The notes under the pieces: model-generated | The model's database searches: none | The model's input: the letters and a program-made list of their open reading frames with translations, nothing else | What the model was told of the DNA's origin: nothing | Translations under genes and position numbers: made by a program | In this document: piece after piece, positions 10,401-19,600 of the stretch | Layout: every line of letters begins with the position of its first letter | Numbering within the stretch: position 1 is the first letter of the stretch | NCBI RefSeq assembly: GCF_003918875.1 | Contig: NW_025767546.1 | Location: 2,232,001 to 2,296,000 of the forward strand | Direction of reading: 5' to 3' | Source: Haliotis rubra | Taxonomy: Eukaryota | DNA length: 64,000 nucleotides

Positions 10401-13400
10401 GGGGTCGGGCTTGGGGATAGAGCTATAAGCTAAGATTAGAAAAACGATAGAGACATATTCATGAAAAAGCATAAAAGAATTGAGATGACCCCTTGTGTCT
10501 GTGGGCAAGTGAGTTGACGGTCCGTCGTCATACCTGGCTGAGCGACCTAATTCCCATGTATAGTCTGATCTATTGTTTTCAGCAGCTGTTCGTATTTTTT
10601 CTAAGTTTTGCCCGATTTTACGAGTAAACATGCTTTTCTGGACATCGTATTACGCATCCCACTGAACGCCCAGTTAGGCCGAAGTGGGTTATTTCGACAT
10701 ATGTTATTTGCAATTGTGTACATTTTAAGGATACAGAGTAACAGCCTAAAACATTTTTTTTCTATTTCCGACAGTTTTCTATTTAGTACTTCGAGGTATA
10801 GCTACTGATGTAGTTAGGCCTTGCAGTTGGAACAGTACAGTCCCTTGGCAAATACGAGTGACCAGCCGCTTAAGGCGCTGCAATTCGCCGCAATTCGCTT
10901 GCAGAGTTGCGTCCCTTGGACATTGCAGAGAAATCTGATGATTGGTTCGAATCTGTTCGCCTCGGTTGTTTATCTATGTTTCTATGTTTGATGTCCGTGC
11001 TCGTGGGTTTCACCAAAATTGTGAACGTCTGATATTTGCATCACGTCTCACTTTTCCGTATAAGCTACGTAAAACAACTCATTTTGTGCAAGTGGGCCTG
11101 AACTGCTACTCCTTCGTGGGTGACGGGCTATAGGTAATCTTCTGTCGTTTATAAATGTGGCTCTGAAACAGTCAACCAAATAAAACATTTCATCGTGAAC
11201 TATAGGAAAGTAACGAAATATGGCACGTTAATATTGCATGCCTTCTATATTATGTTAAGGGAGGTCGAGTGGACTTTAAGGTCGCATTGTAGATTTTTGT
11301 AAATACTAAAGCCGGTTTTATTACTTGCTCGCCCACATGGATACCTGACTCAGACATGACCTAGTGGTTAAAGCGTTCGCTTGTCACGCCAAAAACCCGG
11401 GTTTGATTCCACACAGGGTACAGTAGTGTCCCCTTCGTGATATTGCTGGAACATGCTAAAAGTGGCGTAAAACCATACTTAGTCTGCATACTGTTTATCC
11501 CTGTTAACCTGTTGCAGGGCATCTGTTTCCAAGTGTGGACAAACGCAAACGCAAACGCACAGGCGGCATAGTTTTAAATGCAATAATGTTGAACATAGCA
11601 ATGGGCCCCGTTACACCACCGCCAGCACCGCTCACTGTGAAAATATCACGACTCTGAAGTGATGTTTCCTCTTTCAGGGTCACTGCGCCTTCGTCCCGTC
11701 AGCTGTGTTGCCTTCAATGGCGTCAAGGAGTATCGGATTCTACTTGGCGGGTAAGCTTCTTCCAGCCTCACTGCGATTGTTTGTTGTTTAATGCCGCTCT
11801 CAGCAATATTCCAGCTATATGGCGACGGTCTGTAAATAATCGAGTCTGGACCAGACAATCCAGTGATTTACATCGTAAGCATCGATCTACGCAGTTGGGA
11901 TACGATGACATGTGTCAACCAAGTAATCTTTCCCGACCACCCGATCCCGTTAGTCGCCTCTCACGACAAGCATTGGTTGAAGACCAATTGTAACCCGGAT
12001 CTTGACAGGCAGAAGAGAAATGAAATCGTGCCAGAGAGCGGACATCGGGTCACCCAAGAACCCATGCATTTTTCCTTTAGGTTGGTTCGCCTGACGCAAC
12101 CTCCAACCTTGTTAGATCTCTCGATAGAGGGACATACTACATCCATTTGTCTAGAGTTACGTCCCTTGGGCGGTTCGAATCTCGTCTTGTTTATAGGTTT
12201 GTCAGCACCATGACCATCTTGGCGGGTTTCACCAGCTACTCACGGCGCGGGATACCCGAAATGGTCTTCGCGCATTGTACCCATGTGGAGAATCGAACCT
12301 GGGTCTTCGGTGTGACGAGCGAACACTTTAGCCACTAGGCTACCCCACCGCCCCTACGACTCGAGTATAACATCTGATATTCATGTAATACAATCCAGAT
12401 AGACGGTTTCAGGTGTGGTGATGGCATTGTGTTCCGAAAGACATCCGGCTTCAAAGTGAGAGGCAGAATCATCGACAGTCCATTCTTCGTGGCCTTCCGT
12501 CTACAGGGGTCCGTGCACATGGGGTTCAAGTGTAACTTCACCGTCTGTCACAACGCAGCCAAGTGTGATGGGGTGAGTGTCGTTGCCGTCCACAGCTTGT
12601 TTACCTGGCCCAGATTCTTAACCTTCAACCGCAAGGCTGTTCATGTAATCACACGGGCAGGAACATTCAGTAAAATGTAAAACTGAGCTGTACATAAAGT
12701 ATCTTCCCGTACTGGTCTTGCTTCACTAATAAACAGAATCAAGCCATGAATTCAGAATATAACTCGGTTAACATGATTGTGAACGTTTTAATTCGAATTA
12801 GGTATTTTTTACTGACGTGCTACAGATTGGGGACATTAGAGCTGATCCAGATGGATACCGGAATAAATTAATTACAAATGACGTGCGTGAACGCCCCCAC
12901 GTGACAAACGTTCGCCCTCCCTGTTTCAGAATTCCTGCTACAAGAAAAACAGAAAAAGACCTAAGCGAACAGCATTGTATCCTTTACAAACAGGTATTTT
13001 CAAAGTTCTGTTCTGTGCACGGAATTCCGCTCTCGGTAACAGTCTATCCCTTAAGGCATCCCCACAACAAACAAGACCCGTGAAGAAGATCCGGGTTAGA
13101 ATTGGTCTTCAGTAGCCCATGCTTGTCGTAAGAAGCGACAAACGGGATCTGGTGCTCAGGCTCGCTGTCTGGGTTGACACATGCCATCGTATCCCAATTG
13201 CGTAGATCGATGCTAATGCTGTTGCTCACTGGATTCTCTGGTCCAGACTCCATTATTTACAGACGCCGATATGTAGCTGGAATTTTGCTGAGTGCGTCGT
13301 AAAACTAAACTCACACACCAATGATCAGTAAATCTGACATGAAGGGCAACGTCGACACATTGACGGGTTGTCAAACGAGTCACCCAGCCCGCAGAGTCAG

Positions 13401-14156
13401 TTGACTATCCGATCCATTTCCTCGCCTTTTACAAGTACAGACTGCCCGGGGGACCTATTAACGAATCTCCCATATGGATGCGAGTATTAGAGTGGGGATG
13501 GTAAGCCATGATTTTATTTGACATTACAGCAAGCCGTCAGGTATGTCTGGCCCAGATCCCAGTATTTGCAGACCAACTGATATAACTACAATAGTACTGA
13601 TAAGGATATCAAACATTCAGTCGCTCGTACTGGTTCGAATCCCGGTCTCCTCCTTGGTCAATCCTACGACATATTAAACTGCACCGGTTTATTGTGTACA
13701 ATGTGACAGACAATGGCCAATATTACAATAATAATTATACATAATCTTATCAGTAATGCAGTTTCAACAACTGGCTTGGCCGGTCAAGGCTGTCATTACA
13801 TCGGCGTACTATTGCGGGTTTAAACGGCATTCATTCACTTCTCTTGCAGGTCCGGAGTACGAAGAACAGGAAGAAGAGATGTTTCCCGTCACCGCCGTGA
13901 TGTCTCCCATCACAATCAAGCCGTCCTCCAACCGACGACGACGACGAACATGTCGAAGACACGTCCACGCATTCCTCTCGCGGCGGCCTCCGTGTCCATC
14001 CGCCCTTCCATAACACGTTCCAAGTTCGGTGTTGATGGACTCCTTTCGGAATTAAACTGGTGGTATACGGTTTTAACTGTTTCAGTTCTAATTACCGGGA
14101 TCGCAGTCACTTGTGTGCTCTGCAGTAATATTGACGGGTTTTGCGGTCAGTCATAG
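4450..14156 (+). CDS. Secreted zona pellucida (ZP)-domain protein, vitelline-envelope ZP (VEZP)-like. 10 coding exons: 4450-4461, 4992-5030, 5880-5922, 7148-7332, 7954-8111, 9692-9837, 11678-11750, 12413-12572, 12930-12993, 13850-14156 (stop at 14013 as assembled)
   Basis: All introns are GT-AG with matching phases. The spliced protein has a signal peptide (MRSQVLLLVLSCFTLASC), a ZP-N region with 4 Cys (QSDCS, FVCKG, PVCLFE, VTCKYD), ZP-C motifs (AVDVIGKPV..LGRIVKLRA, LRPVSCVA..YRILLGGCGDGIVF..SPFFVAFRL..FKCNFTVC..CDGNSC), a furin-like RKRPKR, a hydrophobic patch (AVMSPITIK), and a TM helix in the alternative frame of the last exon. Length is 347 aa as assembled, or 395 aa if 1 nt is restored. 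Confidence 0.9.
4992..5030 (+). CDS. ZP-domain gene exon 2 (VLLLVLSCFTLAS, signal peptide core)
   Basis: ctacag|GTT...TCG|gtaagt; 39 nt, hydrophobic. Confidence 0.8.
5085..5342 (+). mobile_element. Short retroposon family A (~240-260 bp, no tRNA head), full-length copy
   Basis: GACCCGTGAAGATCCGGG...GCTGGAATATTGCTGAGTGCGGCGTAAAACTAAAC(TCAC)n. More than 20 full or partial copies in the window, several with 10-15 bp TSDs. Confidence 0.85.
5351..5506 (+). mobile_element. tRNA-derived SINE family B
   Basis: A/B boxes and shared tail. Confidence 0.8.
5613..5820 (+). mobile_element. Family A retroposon
   Basis: Sequence match. Confidence 0.8.
5880..5922 (+). CDS. ZP-domain gene exon 3 (CGDVVIRGEGSLIK)
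   Basis: Pyrimidine tract + aag acceptor, G|gtaggt donor; 43 nt converts phase 0 to phase 1 as exon 4 requires. Confidence 0.7.
6241..6746. mobile_element. Kolobok-like non-autonomous DNA transposon
   Basis: TTAA|AGGCACTACTTCAAAC...GTGTGAAATTGTGCCT|TTGA: ~16-bp imperfect TIR and TTAA-like TSD. Confidence 0.6.
6872..6999. mobile_element. Small MITE with ~26-bp TIRs
   Basis: TATTGAACAACATTAGAAACGCACCA / TGGTGCGTTTCTAATGTTGTTCAGTA. Confidence 0.7.
7148..7332 (+). CDS. ZP-domain gene exon 4 (ZP-N)
   Basis: tttttcttccag|TC CAG TCC GAC TGT...TTT GAG|gtaatt; open frame with Cys 1-3 of ZP-N. Confidence 0.88.
7580..7795 (+). mobile_element. Family A retroposon
   Basis: Sequence match. Confidence 0.8.
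7954..8111 (+). CDS. ZP-domain gene exon 5 (end of ZP-N, linker)
   Basis: ttttccag|AAA ATG...CTC GG|gtaaga; KMARAQVYKLKVEV...FLVTCKYDSESKNSTTKEYIDLG. Confidence 0.88.
8332..8872. mobile_element. MITE with ~60-bp TIRs
   Basis: TTCTCTTCCTACAGAGGTTACTTGTCATATCTTCC...GGAAGATATGACAAGTAACCTCTGTGGGAAGAGAA. Confidence 0.8.
8903..9360 (+). mobile_element. Nested family A retroposons (young copy ~8972-9245 inside an older copy)
   Basis: CTTGGGATAGGG is duplicated on either side of the inner copy. Confidence 0.8.
9459..9628 (+). mobile_element. tRNA-derived SINE family B
   Basis: A/B boxes and shared tail. Confidence 0.85.
9692..9837 (+). CDS. ZP-domain gene exon 6 (start of ZP-C)
   Basis: ctttcag|A CAT...AAA G|gtactt; VELAAVDVIGKPVKDASLGRIVKLRAKV. 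Confidence 0.88.
11355..11480 (+). mobile_element. tRNA-derived SINE family B, degraded
   Basis: Sequence match. Confidence 0.7.
11678..11750 (+). CDS. ZP-domain gene exon 7
   Basis: cctctttcag|GG TCA...GGC GG|gtaagc; LRPVSCVAFNGVKEYRILLGG. Confidence 0.88.
11779..12006 (-). mobile_element. Family A retroposon
   Basis: Reverse-complement match. Confidence 0.8.
12220..12354 (-). mobile_element. tRNA-derived SINE family B
   Basis: Reverse-complement match. Confidence 0.75.
12413..12572 (+). CDS. ZP-domain gene exon 8 (ZP-C cysteine cluster)
   Basis: tttcag|G TGT GGT GAT...GAT GGG|gtgagt; CGDGIVF...SPFFVAFRL...FKCNFTVCHNAAKCDG. Confidence 0.9.
12930..12993 (+). CDS. ZP-domain gene exon 9 (last Cys and furin-like site)
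   Basis: ctgtttcag|AAT TCC TGC...ACA G|gtattt; NSCYKKNRKRPKRTALYPLQT. Confidence 0.8.
13075..13315 (+). mobile_element. Family A retroposon
   Basis: Sequence match. Confidence 0.8.
13850..14156 (+). CDS. ZP-domain gene terminal exon 10 (C-terminal propeptide; dual frame or apparent frameshift; TM helix)
   Basis: cttctcttgcag acceptor. The in-phase frame GPEYEEQEEEMFPVTAVMSPITIKPSS stops at 14013. The second frame is open to 14156 and encodes WWYTVLTVSVLITGIAVTCVLC. Confidence 0.72.
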
Positions 14157-14441
14157 TAATCTGGACGGCCCCGTCTCCGTTGTAATCAAGATCTACAAAT
14201 GTGCTGATCCATGAAACATGGGCATGTTGTCGCGGGAAGGCGATCTATCCAGACAAACTTGTTTCGAACCCACGATACTTTCAATCGGGATACAGAAACA
14301 GATTCATTCTGGTCGAACTGTTTTGTCGAGTTTAAATAATACTGAAAGCGACATTATTGGTATGACTCAGGACATACGGAATTGCACGAAGGCTCTTCAG
14401 CTCCATGTGTAATGACACTATCTTGATGTCCTTACGTTGAA

Positions 14442-14647
14442 ATGCTGGTCGTGAGAGGCGACTAACGGAACCGGGTGGTCAGGCTCGCTGACTTGGTTGA
14501 CACGTGTCATCGTATCCCAATTGCGTAGATCGATGCTCATACTGTTGGTCACTGGATTGCCTGGTCCAGATTCGATTATTTACAGACCGCCGCCATACAG
14601 CTGGAATATTGCTGAAGACGGTGTTAAACAACAAACCAAACCAAAAA
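14442..14647 (+). mobile_element. Family A retroposon in the probable 3' UTR of the ZP gene
   Basis: TSD CCTTACGTTGAA at 14430-14441 and 14648-14659. Confidence 0.85.
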
Positions 14648-14781
14648 CCTTACGTTGAATCACATAAAAGTACGTGAAAATATATGCCAAGATCGATCAA
14701 TGGTTCCGTTACCGTAATAAATGGCAGCAAAAAGATTCGGATGGTTTGAAAGTGATTTCCGTCCTGAAAGCAGTCTGGCTC

Positions 14782-14838
14782 CCTGGGTATACTGCGCCGG
14801 CGCTTCATAGAGTAAAGCGCCGGCGCAGCATACCCAGG
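14782..14838. repeat. GC-rich hairpin/palindrome
   Basis: CCTGGGTATACTGCGCCGGCGCTT..AAGCGCCGGCGCAGCATACCCAGG. Confidence 0.75.
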
Positions 14839-15578
14839 AAACCTGCTTATATTGACAGGTCCAGGCTTTACAATCTGTTCAGATAGAGCTGTGGTATCAG
14901 GCATGTAAGTCTCGCTTGGCGCTACTTCCGGTACTAACTGGTTCCCGGCTCTTTGAGCGCGCCAGTTCTGGTACTAAATTGCCAAACCGCCAAATATAAC
15001 GTTACTAGACCGGACCAAGTGTACAACCATCTTTGGTTGTCACAGCAGCCGAGTAATAGTTGGCTAATTTGGGGATGGTTAGATCGAAAATAGTTATTCC
15101 TGCAAGGATTATCGGTTCCTTACTGTCAACCATGAGATCATTCGAAAAGGTATGAAACGTTTGTCACCGGAAGTACTAAGGTCACGTACAATGCCATGAC
15201 CTAGTTACGGGCCCTATTGCTAACTGCAAACACCATCCACTCAGTTTCTGAATACGCATCCATTCAAGTCGGAGAAAGATCTGGAGAAAGCAACCCTCAG
15301 TTATTGTTGTTTGGCTTCAACTTTTATCAGTTACAACACGTCCTAAACGATTGTCATGGTAACCACAACTGGGATGGAGACGTGACAATGACTGAATTTA
15401 TTGCATAAAAAAGCTACAAATTTAAATGACACATATGCACATTACATCATGGGTATCCAAACATCGTGTAAATGTCAACATTTCCGTTTGAGTAAGTCTA
15501 AAATTACATCCAGCTCTACTAGCTTACAATGCTTCACAAACTTTCGGTCATACCATCTGAAAATGATTCTTTTACTAA

Positions 15579-15921
15579 TGTCTTACTGGCAAACGAGGAT
15601 AAGTTGGACCGGCGCAGAGAACCCGTTTACAAGAAGTAGGCCGTGCACGGCAATGAGCAAGCCCATTTGGTTTGTAAAAGGCATAGCAGATGTAGGCTAG
15701 TGCGCGTGCATTATATGACGATGAAACTGATTCCACGCGTAGCTGCACACGCCTTGCTCATAAGATACGCGTCGGTGTAGCAAGTCGCACTAAACTTGAT
15801 CATGGACAACCTGGGGCCCCTTCGCTAACGATGGCAAGCCCCAGTGGGCGGCACTCATACATGCTAATAGGGGTCAATTGTCAGGTCTGTGCTCAACTTA
15901 TCTTTGTTTGCCAGTAAGACA
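15579..15921. mobile_element. MITE with ~30-bp TIRs between the convergent genes
   Basis: TGTCTTACTGGCAAACGAGGATAAGTTG / CAACTTATCTTTGTTTGCCAGTAAGACA. Confidence 0.7.
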
Positions 15922-15968
15922 ATACCAATTTCATTGAATCAGTTACACTGAATCTTCACAAAATACCT

Positions 15969-15974
15969 TTTATT
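15969..15974 (-). terminator. Candidate polyadenylation signal (AATAAA) of lin-7
   Basis: TTTATT on +, about 600 nt downstream of the lin-7 stop codon. Confidence 0.4.
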
Positions 15975-16569
15975 GAAAACTGGGAATGGTTACACATAAA
16001 CTGATTATTGAAACAATCCTGCATCTTATGGGTTCAAATGACTTTGACAAAAGTATATATTCCCCCATCAGGGAAATACTTGAGCTGAGGGCAAATAACC
16101 ATATACCCCTCTAAAAAGTAAAAATCTGCATGCTGCTGAACACTGAAAGTCATATGACCCTGGACGAGTTAACCCCCGTTAAAAAAATAATAAAACAAAT
16201 TCTAAATTGATTAGTAACGTTTTTTTCATAAAGGAAGATTGACACCTCCCTGCAAGATAATTTCTTATCGCAGATTTACTCAAGGTATATGTTGTTTAAC
16301 GCGACCATTGGTCTTCTACTACTTGCATTCAATCCTTTAATAATAGACAAGATATGTGAGGCCACAAAATAAAACTGGGTACATAGTATTTGAGGTTATT
16401 CATCTTTTTATCATCTGTTGGACACATCTGAATATGGTTACACATGTGGCTATGCTATATACAATTTGTCTGTTTCATTGCTTGATGTGGTGCAAGATAT
16501 ACAAATACGACAATGATCCTAGATAATGGCTTCTATTACTGATATACAAGGCTCTGAATGCTGATGTCT

Positions 16570-16667
16570 TCAAGGAGTCTGTCGTCTTCTTGCACGCTGC
16601 TTGTCAAACCTGGCTTCCATTTCATCCAGTACTCGGGGCGTGTATCGCACAACCAGACTCACTGTAC
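16570..16667 (-). CDS. lin7: lin-7 exon 6 (terminal)
   Basis: ctccattag|GT ACA GTG...CCT TGA; [30 protein letters not shown]. Confidence 0.93.
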
Positions 16668-19600
16668 CTAATGGAGAAACATTTGCTGATGAACATGTGA
16701 TGTTTACAGCATGCTAAATCCTGCGGCCTAAAGGCAAACAAGCTGAAAACAAACTCAGAAAAGAACAAACAGTGGAAAATGTGTGCAAGTCGCCATTTAA
16801 TTAATGTGGTAAGATTTGCTGTTTCATGAAGTACAAACTATAGTACTTTTTTGGTGCCGACTTCATTGCAGCATTTGAACCTACATTCTGGGAGTGATGC
16901 ACCCAATGGCCAGCACACACAACAGACCTGGACCCACCATGCCATAACAGCTTCCACAATATGAAAGTCTGACAACTATTATTCTACATTACAAATTTTT
17001 CAAATTGTGTATGAGTAATTCTTGACTGATCCTATTTACAGGCACACACAGAGAGACAGACAATTCCACTACGGTAAATAATAATGCATAAATTATTTTT
17101 TTTAAATCTCACGGATTTGTAACGGTAATTAATTAGTCAATGGTCAAAATAAAGAAGCCCTTCAAATGGAGAAGTAATTTCCTACTTCAGACTACTGTAC
17201 ACATTTACCTGAAGCTTCTTTCAAGAGTTCTACTGCCTTCTCATGGTGCTCTCCTTCCACGCTCTGGAATAAACAAGGGAGGCTAAGCAGACACCAACAC
17301 AGGAATCGCCTTATTTTCATTAGCAAAACAGTTTCATTCAAACAACTGCCTGGCAAATTGGCAACAAAAATAAAGCAAATTGATTGTTACTGATATTTTC
17401 AACAGTTCTATTTCTGGCATGTTAAATAAACATTTTCTTTTTCTGTCCTGTTGTATATGAAATAAAGAGTTGTTTTAATCCAAACCATCACATTACAATC
17501 ATATTAACATTCATTGAGATGTTTTACTGACATAAGCCACAGATACAGGGCCGGATATCAGCTACTGAGCAGAGCCCAATAAAACAATGAACTTTAGCAA
17601 TTAGCAATAAGGCCATGAAAAGTTTCTTTATGCAAGTCCATGAATACATGCCATATTCACAAAATCCCAGGACAACTCGAAATGTATAAACAGTGGGGAA
17701 AGTTCTATGGATATACAACTTCATCATTATCAGTAGATGGCGTACCGTGTACGCAAGACAGTCCCCTGTTACATGTACAAGTGACTACCGGACAGGGAAA
17801 TTCTGCATGTCACACAAAAACGCTTCAAGACAAAATTTGGTGTAGTCATGGGATGTTGCTCAAGTTATTGAATGATGTCATTCGAAATGTAAAAAGTATA
17901 TGAAACATTTAAATTTTGACCAAAATGTAAGCAAAATTTGACAATTTATCACATCAAATTTCACTGATGTGCATATTTTTCAGAAAATTAAAATTTGCAT
18001 TTGAGAAAGCTCATTCATCATAGATTAAAAATATATATGCAGTTTTTGACTCACATGAACACACACCTGTTTGTTATTACACTGAAACACATTCACTTTG
18101 TTTGAAACTGCATGAAGCTGTTATTATTAATGTAAGTAACATTTCGGGTGTAGATGCTAACACTCTTATGAAGCAAGTGAAATGTATAGTTATGCCAAGT
18201 TAAATACTCAAATTAGTTACAAGAGTAAAGCGTAATAATGACACTTTTAATATGGACGTTAGATGAATGGTGCCAAGGTTTGAGCTAAATGGACCTGACA
18301 TCACTACATGACTCCTACTGCCCGGACACCTACCACGCCATTGACTGACAGCAGTTGATCGCCACGTTTGAGCCCCTGGTGCCTATCTGCCACCCCCCCT
18401 GGAATGATGCGTGAGATGTAGATGGGCGAGTTCTGTTCCTTGCCCCCCATCACATTGAAGCCCAAGCCCTCCTCTGTCTTGGGAAGAAGCACGACCCCGG
18501 GGGTGAGCGTGACCCTCACTGGCGGCAAATGCAGCTACTGTGGCCTGGAACAAATCAAGTTGGATTTAAGAGGTGAGGTGAACCCAATTTTAACATCATG
18601 CTTAGGATCATAACTTATAATATGTCCGCACTAATTCCCAATCATATAGATATATCCTGCTAGCTCACCAAGATACCATGCCACAGTTTATCATGGACAC
18701 CCCGCTAAGACACAGTACACTGATACTGATCATGCTGAGTTTGTATTATTCTTCTTTTATAGTCTTTTTGTGGTGAAAACGTACCGATGAATTTCACTTT
18801 AAACAAAAAAGTAAATCAAATAAAGTGAAATTAAGATTGCGAATCCTCAGAATTTTACCTTGCCATTTGAAAATTTAAATCTCAGAATTTTATTCAACTT
18901 GGGATGAAAGTTGTTTAACAAACGATCATAGTTTCAAATCGGTATTATTGGTTTGTATTACAAGGGGGTATGCACATAAAATGAAACACCGAGATCAAGT
19001 AGGGTTGGTCTAAGTTAACGCTCATCACGTACCGCACGTGCATTTGTTTCACTGTTCCAGCTACCCCTTTGTAATACAAACCAATATAAGCGATTTGAAA
19101 CTATGATCGTTTGTTAAACAACTTTTTTCATAAGTTGAATAAAAATCTAGATTTAAATGTTCAATTGGCAAGGTAGAATTATGAGGATTCGCAATCTTAA
19201 TTTCACTTTATTCGATTTACATTTTTCTTTAAAGTGCAATTCACCGGTACGTTTTCACTGCAAACAGACTATAGTGCATGTTTTATTCTTTTAGTGCATG
19301 TTTTATTCTTTTAGTGCAGAGTGCAGGGTAAACTCATGTGCCATTTTGTATCAAAGACAGCTTGACGAGTATGGGAATTAAACCCTTGATAACCTATACT
19401 CTGTGCAGGTGCTGCATCCTCAGTAACAGTGAACATGTATGCATATTGCAATACTATTTCAATAGTTTTTCTCTCCTTGAATTGTCTCATTTTAAGTCAT
19501 TTCCCAAATGAATGTATAGTTTATACGAAATAAAAACTAGTTGAGGTAGTTTCTGTCTCTTTTAATAACTGACAAGAAACCTGAAACCCAGATCAAGTAA

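Noticed and set aside
13441-13540. Extra ZP-gene exons (13441-13500, or the 11-nt 13530-13540) that might fix the last-exon phase
   Set aside because: The first has an in-frame stop and lies in decayed retroposon sequence. The second gives phase 0, which matches neither useful frame.
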